Assembly: GCA_034780895.1 (NCBI GenBank)
Contig: JAUZTB010000076.1
Location: 22,110,912 to 22,174,911, forward strand
Origin: Rhynchobatus australiae
Taxonomy: Eukaryota
DNA: 64,000 nucleotides
Direction: 5' to 3'
How positions within the stretch are numbered: position 1 is the first letter of the stretch; each line of letters opens with the position of its first letter. The notes under the pieces were generated by a model. It saw nothing but the letters and a program-made list of their open reading frames with translations, had not been told where the DNA came from and did no database searches. Of this stretch, positions 37,225-50,342 are shown in pieces. A program made the position numbers and the translations under genes.

Positions 37225-37700
37225 CAATAACTTGAATTTACGCTTCACCTTTAAGATAGAAGCATATATCGCTAAAGCATTTTAGGATAAAGGAGCCTTT
37301 AGAAAAAATTATGAAGAGGTCAAAGAGTTATAAGGAATGAAGAGTTTATGGAGATAGTGAGGGGCGAGGTCTTAAAGAATGTCAAGGCTAAGAAGATTAA
37401 ATTGGAGGCATTGGAGCGATATGGAGCCAATGTAAGTTAGGGAAGCCTAAATGATGTAAGAATGGGAATTGGCATGGAAAAGGACACATGCAGGGAAGTT
37501 TAAACTGCACTGAAGTTTACATATAGCTGTGGATGGGAGGCAACTGGGACAACTGTGGACATGTTCAAAGGTGTAGAGAATGTCAGAAGCAAATGGACTG
37601 AGGCCCAGGCAGAGTTTGAGGTAGTCAATCAGTCTTTGTGAAGCTGAGAAAATGGAATCAAAAATTCAGCTCATAACACATGTGCCAGAAGACTGAAGCA
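37225..37700 (-). mobile_element. Decayed L2 LINE 3' fragment
   Basis: aacaataacttgaatttac...caccttta, gaggtcaaagag, ttaaattggaggcattgg...ggagccaatgtaagttag. Confidence 0.6.
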
Positions 37701-38899
37701 GGGGAGACCAAATGCCCAGCAATGGCCTTGAAGGATGCCTAAGGTATATAGAGGAACTAATACAAGGCATGTGGTATGATTCTCTTGAGGCATAAAGTTA
37801 GATAGGAGCAAAAGGTATCAATTCCACTTTCCAATTGTTAGTTTTGCAAGACTGCAGCTATATTTCTGTTATCATTCAGAGCAGGTTTGCTTTCACCATA
37901 ATCATGGATACTGGGAACCAAATTGTTGATCCTGATGCTGGCAGAGTTTAAATTTGATAGGATTTTGTAAAATATATTTCTTAAGGTTTATAAATAAAGA
38001 AGATTCTCCTAGGAATTTGATATAACCCTTCTTTTGGTGTTCAAAAATATGCTGCATTTAGCAATAATATCCAATCAAATCCTCTGCAAAAATATGCAAT
38101 ACTGGCCAAAAGTATATTAAAAGCAGTGGGAAGGCATTTTGCACAGAGAATCATACAGTAAAATGGAAGCCATGTGTTTCCTGTCAGGGACTGCATGGTC
38201 AGGCCCAATCGAATCTCATGTCATGAGGTACAGGATGGTCAAAGGGGCAGAGATTACAGCATGCAGTTTTAAAGTGAGTTGCATTAAAAGGCCGTGAATA
38301 ATGAAGGGACAACCACTGATTCATTTTCCATAATGTTAAGCACTAAAAACAGAAATTGGCAAATGTTGTGTGCGAGATGTCAATGTAGCAATGCAGACCC
38401 TTTAATTGATGTCTCATTTCAGATTATCATGTGATGTGCTCCTAATTTATCTGCGAATGTTCACTGAAGGCCATAATTTGCACCCAGGAGCTCCAGTTTG
38501 TGCCAGAGATGGAATCAATGTATGGTACATGATTTGTGATGCCATTTGGTCTGCAACCAAGTCCAGGAAAAACGTCAGCCATGCTGAGGACTAGCAGTGT
38601 TTGGGTCAATTTCACATGGGGGTAAATTCACTCCGAAATAACAGCTCGTGCAATCTAGCCCAGATAGAATGGTTTATGTCCTCAACTTGCAAGTGGATCC
38701 AATTTCTAGGCTAGAGAGTTTCCAACTCATTTGCCCATCCAAAACTGCTTCACATTCAAAACAAAATAAATATCTTTTCAATTCGGAGTCACCTACCTGA
38801 CAAACAATGAAATTATTTCTGCCAGCCANNNNNNNNNNNNNNNNNNNNNNNNNNNNNNNNNNNNNNGATTCAGATCACAGCTCCTTCATAACCAATTGA

Positions 38900-39130
38900 A
38901 AAAAAGAGAATGCTGGAATCACTCAGCAGGTCAGGCAGCATCTGCAGATGGGGGAACAGAGTTAGCAGAACTGGCAAGAGTTAGAAGCAAAACAAATTTA
39001 AAGCTACAGAGAAAACGCAGGTAGGAATGCAGGCAAAGGTTGGGAGTTGGTGGGAGAATGCAGACAGAACAAAGGGAAACAACTGAGACAGGGTGGACTC
39101 CGGAGAGATTAAGCGACACAAATGTTGGTG
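38900..39130 (-). mobile_element. Penelope-like terminal repeat fragment
   Basis: aatgctggaatcactcagcaggtcaggcagcatctgcagatgggggaacagagtta. Confidence 0.75.
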
Positions 39131-39584
39131 GTGCTAGCTGGAAGAGGATGGTGAGGCCTAATCTAAAGAAAACACTTCACAACATCTAAAAAGACAAGGA
39201 GATAGGGTGCATTTTAATGTGGGTGAATGCATGAGTTTGGGTCTGGGTGCTGGACAGGAGTAAATCTGGAGTAAAGGTGAATTTATCAGGATGCCAGCTG
39301 TGGCTCAACAACTCCCATAATTCACTCCCAGTCATCCGCAGCATATTCACGGTCTTCGGGCGAAATGGGTTGCAAATTCAAATATGCTAATAACTTAATT
39401 CAATGTTTTCAGGTTAGCTTTGGTTTCCTGAGCTGCCTGGAAATTAGTGGTGGCCAGTGAAAGCAAAACAAGAAAATAGCAATTGAAGGACCTGAGGGAA
39501 TATCTGAGGAATGCCAGAAAACACACAATGTCCTACTTGCTTTCATATTTGTTTGTATGAAGGAGTTTGTACATGGTAATTGTG

Positions 39585-40245
39585 CCGAGAGCCATAGGGT
39601 CATGCAGCATGGAAGCAGGCCCTTCGGCCCAACTGGTCCATTCCAACCAAGGCCCCCATCTAAGTTAGTCCCATTTGCCCACATTTGGCCCATATCTCTT
39701 TAAACCTTTCCTATCCATATACCTGTCCAAGTATCTTTTAAATGTTGTTAATGTACCTGCCTCAACCTCTTCCTCTGGCAGCTCGTTCCATATACCGACC
39801 ACCTTCTGGGTGAAAAGTTGCGCCTCAAGTTCCTAATAAATCTCTTCCATCTCACCTTAAACCTATGCCCTCTAGTCCTTGATTTCCCAACCCTGGGAAA
39901 AAAGACTGTGTGCATTCACCCCACCTATGCCCCTCAGAATTTTATACACCTCTACAAGATCACCCCTCATTCTCCTAGGTTCCAATGAAAAAAGTCCCAA
40001 CTTGCTCAACCTCTCTCCACAACTCAGTTCCTTCAAGTCTTGGCAACATCATTTGCACTCTTTCCAGCTTAATGGCATCTTTCCTATAGCAGGGTGACCA
40101 AAACAGAACACAATATTCCAAATGTCTTGTACAAGCGGAACATAACGTGACAACTATACTCGATGAAGGTCAGCGTGCCTTCACCAGCCTGTCTACCTGC
40201 AGAACCACTTTCAGGGAACCATGTACTTGGACTCCAAGGTCTCTG
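39585..40245 (-). mobile_element. CR1 LINE 3' fragment
   Basis: catagggtcatgcagcatggaagcaggcccttcggccc tail; ccttaaacctatgccctctagt; gggtgaccaaaacagaacacaatattcc. Confidence 0.92.
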
Positions 40246-40296
40246 AGAGATTACACATTTTGCAAGTGTACTTTAGAGCTTTGATCTATCAAATCA

Positions 40297-42171
40297 GTGG
40301 TATTTTAGCCCCCAGCTATCTGAACCAGCAACGGCAGGAAAGCACCTGCAACAGTGGTGCACCAACAGGAGCAGGAATGCACCAGCAGCAGGAGTTGCAT
40401 CAGCATCCACGACAGTAGCAGAAGGAGGCGTAGCAGCCACAGGAGGGGGAGATGTAATGAGCACAGCCTCCTCCTCACAGGTGTGCAGCGCCACATTACA
40501 TCTTAAAGGTGTCAGATGGAGGCCAAAGGGAGATGGTATGCTTCTTCAACAATTGCAAATACCAGAATTAAAATTGTATTCTCCTCCCCATTCCCACACC
40601 AACGTGTCTGTCCTCAGCCTCCTCTACTGCCAAGATGAGGCTAACCACAAACTAGAGGAACATATTCCGCCTGGGTAGCCTACAACCCAACGGCATTAAC
40701 ATTGAATTATCCAACCTGGTAAATGCTCCCTCTCTGTCCCTTTTCTCTTCCCACCTGATCTACCTGGCCCCCATCACCATGTCTCTTTCCCCTCCTCTTC
40801 CCATCAGCCACACACTCCTGCCACTGGTTCCCCCTCCCACTATTTCCCATCTGCCCTCCCCACCTCTCTCCCTTTACTCCATGCTTCACCTTCCTCTCCT
40901 ATCAGGTTCCATCACCTTCAGCCCTTTGTCATTTCCACCGGTCACCTCTCAGCTTCTGGCACTATTTTCACTTTCCCCTCCCCCAAATGCCTACTCCCCC
41001 CCAATNNNNNNNNNNNNNNNNNNNNNNNNNNNNNNNNNNNNNNNNNNNNNNNNNNNNNNNNNNNNNNNNNNNNNNNNNNNNNNNNNNNNNNNNNNNNNNN
41101 NNNNNTATTTTCACTTTCCCCTCCCCCAAATGCCTACTCCCCCCCAATCCCCACCTAGATCCACCTATCACTTGCCAGCTCTTGCTCCACCCCTTCCTTC
41201 CACCATTTTATACTGGCTGTCTCCCCTCTGTCTTTCAGTCCAGGTGAAGGGTCATGACCTGAAACATCTACTGTCCATTTCCCTCCATAGATACAGCCTG
41301 TCCTGCTGAGCTCCTCAAGGACTTTGTGAGTTGTTAGTAAATTTAATTGACTGGCAATGACGTAAACTCTGCGTGCAATGTCACCATTCAGAATACCTGG
41401 GCACATGGGTTCACAGCTGCCTTCCTACAGGCACAGGAATCTTCAAATGGAGGGCCCAGCCCTGTTGCTCAGCCTCTCCCTCAAGTTCTGAGCTCTCTTC
41501 CCCTGCAAAGTGGGTGGGGGGAGGGGTGCACGAAGAAGACAAAAATGTTGGGAATAATGCCATCTGCTAAACAGACTGGTGGAGAGCATTTGAGCTGGGA
41601 GATATTGAGGGGGAGACATAACATTGTGCAAGGGTGAGAATTTGTATTGCATGGGATGGGCAGATCAGGAGGAGGAATTCCATAGGCATGAGAATGCTGA
41701 ATGTAGCTGTAAGGCCAGTTGTTGGGAGAAGTAATGTGTTAGAGTAGACTTAAGAAAGCAGAATGGGATGTGTAGGGTGATATGTGGATCAAAGAATAAA
41801 TTAATGTGCCACTAATCTCATTGAAACAGTCACCTCCAGCTTTCCTCCTTGTTATCTATAGTTACCTTCTTCTTACAATCAGTAGGGAATGGCAAATCCT
41901 CATATGTCCCAGTGGCACATGCATGACTGAAGTAGGGTATACCCTTTGATTGCCTCAATTCCATGGTCGATCCTCTCCTTCCCACCTGCAACTGCTTCAA
42001 CTTGCATGTTTGGAGTGTCCCTTTAAATAACAGAGTTGGCGTCACATTTCAATAAACCCAGAAATCTTACCTTACTGCAAAAGCTGAGTTATAAACGGCT
42101 GACAGGTACTTTGAACTTATGGGATTCTCATAGGGTCATTGAGCCACTCTGGGAAATGTAAAATCCAGCCC
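40297..42171. mobile_element. Putative Harbinger relic (Myb-like gene on minus strand at 41830-41970), interrupted by a Penelope fragment
   Basis: ORF 41830..42045(-) contains PYFSHA...DLPFPTDCKKK...KEESW (PRFSDA...DVLFP.DG.K...K.AW-like); right end reverse complement gggctggattttac; ggagtgtccctttaaat shared with the 34-35 kb relic. Left boundary tentative. Confidence 0.55.
40560..41335 (+). mobile_element. Penelope-like element 3' part: GIY-YIG endonuclease C-terminus plus terminal repeat
   Basis: Translation HSHTNVSVLSLLYCQDEANHKLEE/IFRLGSLQPNGINIELSN, then a pyrimidine-rich spacer and a terminal repeat with a degenerate hammerhead-like motif at 41236-41273. Confidence 0.88.
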
Positions 42172-42254
42172 AAAGAGTTAATTAGTCAGGAACCACATTT
42201 CAGGCTTATTGTATAAATTGATGTCCAACACGAGACAGTTTTAATAATCTGGAG

Positions 42255-42395
42255 ACACAAGAGACCGCAGATGCTGGAATCTGGAGCAACAAACAATCAG
42301 CTGGAAGAACTCAGTGGATTGAGCAGCATCTGTGGGAGGAAAGGAATTGTCAACTTGTCAGTCCTGATGCAGGGTTTGGATCTGAAACATCTGCT
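42255..42395. mobile_element. Penelope-like terminal repeat mini-element
   Basis: gacacaagagaccgcagatgctggaatctggagcaac...gcagcatctgtggg followed by cagtcctgatgcagggtttggatctgaaacatc. Confidence 0.8.
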
Positions 42396-43504
42396 TTATA
42401 ACAAGAGTCTGCTCTGTTACTATAATCTTATGTGCTGGATGGAACTGTTCAGCACTTACAAGACCAAATCATTGATGAGTTTCTGGTGGAATATCAGGAA
42501 CTGAGGGAAGTTCTGCTTGCTGACAAATGTTATTCCAGATCAAAGGATTCACAATTGTCTCAATTATTCTTGTTATAAAGTTAGGGTAGTAAAGGTGCCT
42601 TTGGCAAGACTGCCAATCTGGAGCTGTTCTCATGAGTCTGCATTGAGAACTCTGCAGAAATGCTCAACTGGTCAGTAGGATTTTATTGGTGCTTGGGTTG
42701 AATCTGCACTCCAATGAAACATTCACTTTTTTTATTGCCTCGAGCCACAGCACACAATTTTGCTCAGCATGCCAGCCACATTATAGGAATAAAAGTACGC
42801 ATAAAAGGAGCAACAAAGCAATATTTAATTTGGGTTAAAAACTATGAGATTTATTTTAGTTCAGCCTTAAATTTATCCTTATGCACATGAAGAATATATT
42901 CCCTCTCACATTTTTACAGTGTTATGATAAAGCAAAAGCAAAATACTCCAGTGGCTGGGAATTAGAAATAAAAACAAAATCCTGGAAATCCTTCGCATGT
43001 CAGCCAGTAGGTATGGNNNNNNNNNNNNAACTTTCTTTAACTTTTCCTATTTCCAACCTTTTTTTATTAGTTTATTCATTTTTCAGGATTTGGGCATTGA
43101 AGTGAAGGCCAGTATTTATTGCCAATCCCTAATTGCCCCCGAGAAGGAGTGACAATGGTAAGCCACTTCATGGGGAATTTTTATAAGTTAATCATTTGAG
43201 AGGAATCTAGTGTGACAATATAAGTCAGACCAGGTAAGGTTGGCAGATTTCCTCCTCTGTAGGACATTAGTAAATTAGAACGGGTATTTACAACCATCTA
43301 ATAGCTTTGTGGTCATTATTACTAAGACTAGTTGTTGTTGAAAGTTGCAGAGCTACCACAGTGGGATTTGAAGTCAGGTCTCTAGATTGTAAGTCCAAAC
43401 CTCTGGTTATGTGAGTGATGCGTCATTACCAGCAGTCATTGATTCTGTTAACTTTGTTCTTTCTCCACAGATAGTTCCTGAACTGGTGAAGATATCAGTT
43501 ATTA

Positions 43505-44925
43505 GAACATAAGAAATGGGGGCAGAAATGGGCCATTCGGCCCCTCTATTGAATCACTGTGCCATTCAATAAGATATTGATTGATCCAAGTTTGGCCTCA
43601 AAAACACTATTTCACTCTCTGCCCATATGTCTTTCTTTCCGTGCAACTTAAATGTCAACTTGAATATATTCAGTGACTATGCCTCCACCGAACTCTGAGG
43701 TAGAACATTCCAAAGATTCATGAGTAACATTTCCATTTTCAATGGGGACTCCTTATTCTGAAACTATGCCCCATATTGTTAGATAATCTCATGTGGTTAT
43801 CTACCTACTCCTCCTCTCTTCATATCTCAGGAATCAATCCTTCTCTACAGTTGAAAATGCAGTTATTTTCTTCATTAAATGTCAAGACTAAAACTGTAGA
43901 TGCTACCCCAAGTGCAAGCTCAGTAGTGATGTATAAAGTAGCTTCAAATCTTACCTACTTTAATATTCCACATCTCTTGCAATAAAGGCCAATATTCCAT
44001 TTACCTTCTTAATTACTCGGTGTACAAGCATGTTAATTTTCTGTGCTTTATGCATCAGGACTGTCAAGATTGCTTTGTACCAAAACATTTTGTAATCTCA
44101 GCTCATCGAAATAATAATTTCATTTTTTCATTCTTTCTTTCGAAGTGGACAGACTTTCCCATACTATACTCCATCTGAAAATAATCCATTCATCTTGACT
44201 TTCTCTTTTCTGATAGATAACTAGTGCCCTGTTCATGTCAATATATTATTCCAACCTCATGTGCTTTTTCTTGTGCTGCAACCTTTTATGTGGCACCTAA
44301 TGTTCTTTCTTGGGTTTTTTTGGAAAAAATGTTTTTTTTTGGAAATCCAACTGCACAATATCTACAAGTTATTTATTATCCACTCCGTTACATCCTTAAA
44401 TAACTAACAAGTTTGGCTTCCCTTTTATAAAACCATGTTGGCTGTTTAATTGTCTTATGAATTTCTAAATGTCCTGTTATTACATCCTTATTAATGGATT
44501 TGAGCCAATTTTCCTGCTTCCTTTCTCCCTCCTTTCTTGAATAGTTGCATTACATTTGTGGTCTTTAAATCTTCTCCAGAATTTAGGGAATTTTTGGTAG
44601 ATTACAGTCAATGCACCCACTATTGCAGTAGTCACTTCCTTTAAAACCCTGGGATGTAGGCCATCAGCTCAAGGTCACTTGTTGGCCTTCAACCACACAA
44701 GTTTGCCTAATTTAGTTCCCATGATAGAGATTGTCTTAAGTTCCTTGCTCCCTATAGCCCTTTGATTATCTATTCTTATTGAGGTATATTTGGCATCTTC
44801 TACTGTAAAAAATGATCAAAAATAATTATTTTGAATCTCTGCTATTTCTCTTTTTATCTCCAGTATTAATTCTCTAGTCTCATCTTCCAAGGGAATAATG
44901 TCTACTTTAGCTCTTCCCTTTTTAT
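43505..44925 (-). mobile_element. Decayed CR1 LINE (3' tail and ORF2)
   Basis: gaacataagaaatggg...ggccattcggccc tail; ggtagaacattccaaagattca; gcaataaaggccaatattccatt; aaaccatgttggct; cctttaaaaccctgggatgtaggccatcag. Confidence 0.85.
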
Positions 44926-44927
44926 AT

Positions 44928-45155
44928 ATAAGACCATAACATACAGGAGCAGAGTAAGGCCATTTGTCCCATCGAGTCTGCGCCGCCATTCAATCATGGC
45001 TGATTTGTTTTAACGCCATTCTTTCACCTTCTCTCCATAACCCTTGACCCCTTTACCAATTAAGAACCTATCAACTTCTGCCTTAAATACACCTAATAAC
45101 TTGGCCTCCACGCCCTTCTGTGGCAGTGAATTCCACAGATTCATCACCCTCTGGC
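44928..45155 (-). mobile_element. Younger CR1 LINE 3' terminus
   Basis: taagaccataacatacaggagcagagtaaggccatt...; ORF 45010..45216(-) contains SQRVMNLWNSLPQKGVEAK. Confidence 0.92.
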
Positions 45156-45704
45156 TCTTACTGTGTGTTTTATTGTATGTATCTGTAGCCTGTATTGTTA
45201 TATTCTTATATAGCAATATTTTTATATATTCTTATACTATTTGTAAGTTTGCTTTCATATTCTATCTTTTTCTTTTATTATCATCTTTTGCTAGTTTCTA
45301 AAACTTTGCCTGTCCCCTGGCCTACCCGTAATCTATTTTTATTTCATTATGTTATAACAATAAACTTCAGAGGAATTATGCAATTGGATAACAATGAGCA
45401 GTGAACAGGGTATTGGCATCCCCTTGGATAAGAATGGTACATTTTAAACAGTAACTTTTTATGATCTGAAACTTATTCTCTTCGGCTCCAAAGCAATGAA
45501 TGCATGCATGATATTTATCCAATTACTACTTAATACAGAGAAGAGTTCTTCAAATATAAAACTTGTATTTTCAAAGGTCTGGAACCTCTTGAGCATTTGT
45601 AATAAAACTTGTCTACTCAAATTACATAGCATAAAAATTATGAGTAAAATTATTAAGGAAACATTTATAAAATAAATCATAAAACATCCAGTGTGAGCAT
45701 GGCA

Positions 45705-45925
45705 ATTTTTTTATGAAGTGAGTGGTTATGACTTGAAATGCATAGTCTCAAAGTGTGGTGGACGCAGATTTCATTGTGCTTTTCAAAGGGGAATTGGATA
45801 AGTATTTGATAGATATTTGCAGGGCTCTGGGGGAAAGAACAAGGGAATGGGACCGATTAGATGAGTCCCAGAGCCAGCACAGACGTAAAGGGCCAAATGG
45901 CCTTCTTCTGTGCTGCAACAATTCT
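45705..45925 (+). mobile_element. CR1 LINE 3' end
   Basis: ttcaaaggggaattggataagtattt...gggccaaatggccttcttctgtgctg. Confidence 0.85.
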
Positions 45926-46399
45926 CTAAGCAACATTTTACATTAATTTGGTACTTTTAAATTAAAATAATAGACCCCAAGATGCTCTATGGTTGGGTAA
46001 TTTTCTTTTGCTAATTTATTCACACACTAATTGATATTGAATCGACATCCTAATTGATTTGGACGGCTCTTTCAGAGGCTGGCTATGAGTCAACCTGTAG
46101 TTCTGGAGATACATATAGTGTGGACAAGAGCAGTAGATATCTTTCTTTGAAGGACTTGAATGAAACAGATAGGTTTAAAACAATCTAGTTATTTCATGGT
46201 CACCATTACCGGATTTACCAATGTTTAAAAAATTCCACTCATTTATTTAATTATTTGAGTTTAAATTCCCTGGTGGGTTTCAGACTCACCTCTCTAAATC
46301 AATGGCCCATTTTGGAGGATACTAATCCACTAACTTAATGACTATGCTACATGCCTCTGGTAAAAATGGATGCTTAGAAATTAAATGGGTTTCAGGCGT

Positions 46400-46620
46400 G
46401 GTGACTAAAAGCTTGGCCAAGGAGGGAAAGTTTTATGGTGCAACTTAAAGGATGAGAGGGAGACGGAGTGCCAGAACACGGAAACCAGAAGCCTGAAGGC
46501 ATTGCTGGCCACAGACTTTACAAATTGGAGGATAACATGAATGCTGCAACTTGGAATGTTGGCAAGGGGGCAAAGGTCTATAATTCCTACCCATGGACTG
46601 CCCAAACTGAGAAAGAACTT
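46400..46620 (-). mobile_element. Decayed L2-like LINE fragment
   Basis: aaaagcttggccaagg...cttaaaggatgagagggag...ctgaaggcattgctggcc resembles the L2 3' region in reverse. Confidence 0.45.
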
Positions 46621-47404
46621 CAGAGCAGAAGTGCTGCATGGAGTCCGGTGCTTTGCTCACAAATGGAGACAGACAGAGAGAGAGTAGGAGTTCCACAGAC
46701 TGCCATGGCTGCCTACAAGGTAGCATTGACATACCTCCAATCAGTGTCAGGTTTGTCCCTGGATGTGATGATAACTTGGTCTCAGAGATGGGAAATGGAA
46801 AAAAAAAATCAGGAAAATTAATTTGCTGAAAAGTAAATGATTTTGATTGACTCAAATTTGGATTTTAACTGAAGTGAGGAGAAATAGTCCAGGACTCTAA
46901 TATGATAATCTTATTTACTGGTAAATAAGACCAGATTAATCATATCCTGACAAAATGCAGCTACTTTACCTTTGGTGTTTTAATTCATATATTTATTCCT
47001 GTATTTTTAGAAGTTGTGGACATCTGATGTCATTTATGGCACATTGTGTGGGATTGAGGGTTGTCGTAGCAATCCTGGTTTGGCTTTGTTGCAACCTGCT
47101 CCTCATTATCTTCAGCTTTTATTACTGCCACATGGCATCCTGCCGAGATAAGTTGAAGCCATGATGTGGTATTCTTGAGGGGCACAGACCAAAAAAGTCC
47201 AAAGAAACTGACTCTCAGCACATGTTTTTGTCAATCAGACACTCGGCAAACACAACCACTAAGTGTATTCTATGTCACTGGAGTTTCCTCTGTGCAGTTT
47301 TAAATGGTTTGTTTGTTCTATTTTCGATGGGTTTTCGTGGGAAAATGCCAAATTGGTTATGTTTTGTGTGCAAGAAGATTTACAGGGACACATCTTAAAC
47401 CACA

Positions 47405-49250
47405 TGGGGGCTAAATTTAATAGCCCCCAAAAATGACCTTGAGGATCTTGATGCGTGATTAACCCTCTCCCATTGATTTCAATGCAGGCAAGATGCCAAT
47501 TTCGTGCTGCCAGCCCATTATAATATTTGCAGTATCCCGCCAAAGTTAACCACACTATTCATTGGCTGGGTGCATTAGCAGGGGGCCAATATTGTGAGTG
47601 GCTTGCATCAGTTACAGCTAGCCTGCACTACTTAAAGCTAGCCTGCATCTCTTAAAGAGCTCACTCATTGTGACTGGATCATGTACTTCCAGTCCTTCTA
47701 CAACCAAAGATAAACAAGCAAACCCTTAAAAAAAAGGCACAACAGGGCAGCAAGGAGAAGGGGAAATGAAGAAGGAGGTTCTGTATTCCTCTGGACACAT
47801 ACTCAGGAGCCAGTAAAGATCTTAGTGGTCAGGGTTAAGAATCAAAGGACAATGAGCTAGATGCAGTACTGGTACAAGTTTAATGACCACATATGGGTAG
47901 TCAAGGTCAGCGAAAGCACCACATCTCCAGTACTCATATACCACAAATCTCTGATGGTCAAGACTCACACCTAACATTCACTTGCATCACCTCGCCCTCA
48001 CACCCTTAATATTCCTGTGAGATTCGCACCCATATACCACAGTTTACATTCACACCCACCTATTAAACTATGACAACCATATCACCCAGATCAGTTGCCT
48101 GACACTTACTGACACCCTTGCATGACCAAGTACAGCAGCAATTACCTTTAGCAACATTGGCATGCCTGTGTTCCCTAACCCACAAGGGCAGGACAGCACT
48201 GGCCATCATTGTGATGCCCATTGCCGGGGCTGTGGTTGGCTGTGGAACTGAAATTATTGGAAAGGATGATACCCAATAGGGAGGAAATCATCAAGGAGAC
48301 CATTGCAGCAATCTGTAGGTCATAAGGTACCATGTTTTTGACTTGCAGCAAGCTCAAGGAAAAAAGGTAGCACAGATGCCAGCTTGCAGGATGATGAGGT
48401 GGAATGTATGTTCTGCTGCAGGAGACTCAGATAGGGACTTCACTGAGACAGTCTACAGAAGAAGGTTGAGGGGTATGCACAGCAAAATACTTAGTGCTCT
48501 GATGGGTTTGGCAAAAAACTTCAATGTCAAGGAGCAAGTAAGAGTCCGAGCAAGTCAGCACAGCACTTTACACAAATCTTGGGGCCCATTCTTAAAGCAT
48601 GGTAGAGGATTACAGCACAGAGGAGGACCACTCAACCTGTTGTGTACACGTCAACAAGGAAATGCTAGCTGACACAGGTTACATACTTTTATGCTTACTC
48701 ATTATCACCCGGAAGTAAACCAATCAGCCCATTGTGTCTATGCTCACACCCAGAGCAATCCCAATGCCCCCTTCTATTTCCCTGTAACCCAGCAATTTAT
48801 TCTCCCTCATGAGCCCATCAACTCCTTTTAATTCGTTTGCCAAGCTAATAGGTCTTTTACAGTAGCCAATTAACCTACCAGCACATCTTTGGGATATAGT
48901 GGGAAACTCAAAAAGAAACACACCAGGTCATAGGGAGAAGGTGAAAACGCCACACAGGCAGCACCTGAGGTCAGTATCGAACCCAGGTCCCTGGAGTTGT
49001 GAAAGACCAGCACTTCTGGATCCAAGCACGACGCACCGTCTGACAGCAGGCGTTGCAGCTTCTGTAGCACCAGTGCTCGGACACCTTCCATCATGGGGCT
49101 TGTAATGTCACACAGTAGTCTCACAACCCGCCCTCCAGTAAACTACTGAAATGCTACGGCCAACAACATCAGCACCATCTCTACTCAAGGCTTAGAGACA
49201 GGCAGTTCTGCAGCACAGGTGATCATTAATTACAGGAAAGTGACAGGCAG
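47405..49250 (+). mobile_element. Harbinger relic with decayed Myb/SANT-like gene, interrupted by a V-SINE
   Basis: TIR-like gggggctaaattt start; KKEVLYS at about 47770 and MQYWY/K..NDHIWVVKVS at about 47860-47910 (RREVL.P and QCRKKFNDL.R..KV-like, with a frameshift). Right boundary uncertain. Confidence 0.6.
48722..49015 (-). mobile_element. V-SINE (HE1-like)
   Basis: aatcagcccattgtgtctatgc, tttacagtagccaattaacctaccagcacatctttggg, gaggtcagtatcgaacccaggtccctggagttgtga. Confidence 0.85.
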
Positions 49251-49789
49251 TCAGTCATTGGACAGTGTTATCTGATTGGGAGTAAAATAGATGATCATTC
49301 TGATCCATCATTTTTCTGCCAGCTAAGTTTTATTAGGACTGTCGCTCTATAAGAGAAGGCTTTGTTCTATCAGTCTGCATTGCAATTTAGACTACAGACA
49401 TGATTTTTCCATCCATGGTATAAGCAGCAGAAGTCACTATGGCCAGCTGCCCATTGCCAGTGCTTGTGGAACCAGATATTTGAAACATGCCATAAGTTTG
49501 CCAGGATTTATATGGGAAGAAAACTGTGGCCACATTGAAAGGGTTGTGTTCTTCTCCAATATGTCACCCTGATGATACGTTTCAAGAGTTGACTCATATC
49601 CAGGAGCACGAGGCAGAGTGGAAAAGCTTCAGCTGGACTGATCCCAAATTCTTTTTAAGTAGAATCCAATGTGGACTAATATCAAAGTTTTGCAAAAGTT
49701 CCTTCAACACACCAGACATGTGACATGAATCAAACATAATTCCAAAGAGACTTGGAGGAGTTAGAGCACAGTCCTTTCCATTTTTCCAC

Positions 49790-50062
49790 ATGACACAGAA
49801 GGAGGCCATTTGGCCCACTGAGTCTATGCCAGATCAGAGAGCATTCCCATTCCCCAACTATTTTTTCCAATAACCTATTTTTCCCACATTCCCATTAATT
49901 CCACACTTAAACCAGGGTCAATTTAGAGTGGTCAATTAACCTACCAACCCACACGTTTTTGGGATGTGGGAGGAAACTGGAACAGCCAAAGGAAATCCAC
50001 ACTGAACCTGGGTCGCTGGAGCTGTGGGGTAGCAGTTCCATTAGCTGCAACATTGTGCCACC
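49790..50062 (-). mobile_element. V-SINE (HE1-like)
   Basis: cacagaaggaggccatttggccc, caattaacctaccaacccacacgtttttgggatgtgggaggaaactgg, tgaacctgggtcgctggagctgtg. Confidence 0.88.
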
Positions 50063-50087
50063 TCCTTCTGATTTGAATCCAGTTCAT

Positions 50088-50342
50088 AATAAGAAAGACA
50101 TAAGAGCAGGAGTAGGCCATATGGCTATTCAAACTTTATCTGCACTCAGTAAGATCACATGATCTGATCCTTGGCCTCAAATCTATTTTCATGTCCAATC
50201 CCCATTAACCTTGATTCTCCTATGGTCTAAAAATCTATCCATCTCGGCCTTGAATATAACTAAGGATTCGGCATCTACAATTCTTTGAGGTAGAAAATTC
50301 CAATGATTCACAACCCTCTGAGAGAAAAAATTCTCCTCCTAT
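50088..50342 (-). mobile_element. CR1 LINE 3' terminus
   Basis: cataagagcaggagtaggccat...ggtagaaaattccaatgattcacaaccctctgagagaaaaaattctcctc. Confidence 0.88.

Noticed and set aside
46445-46855. 117-136 aa ORFs on both strands
   Set aside because: No recognisable domain, overlap with an L2-like fragment, and no convincing splice context.
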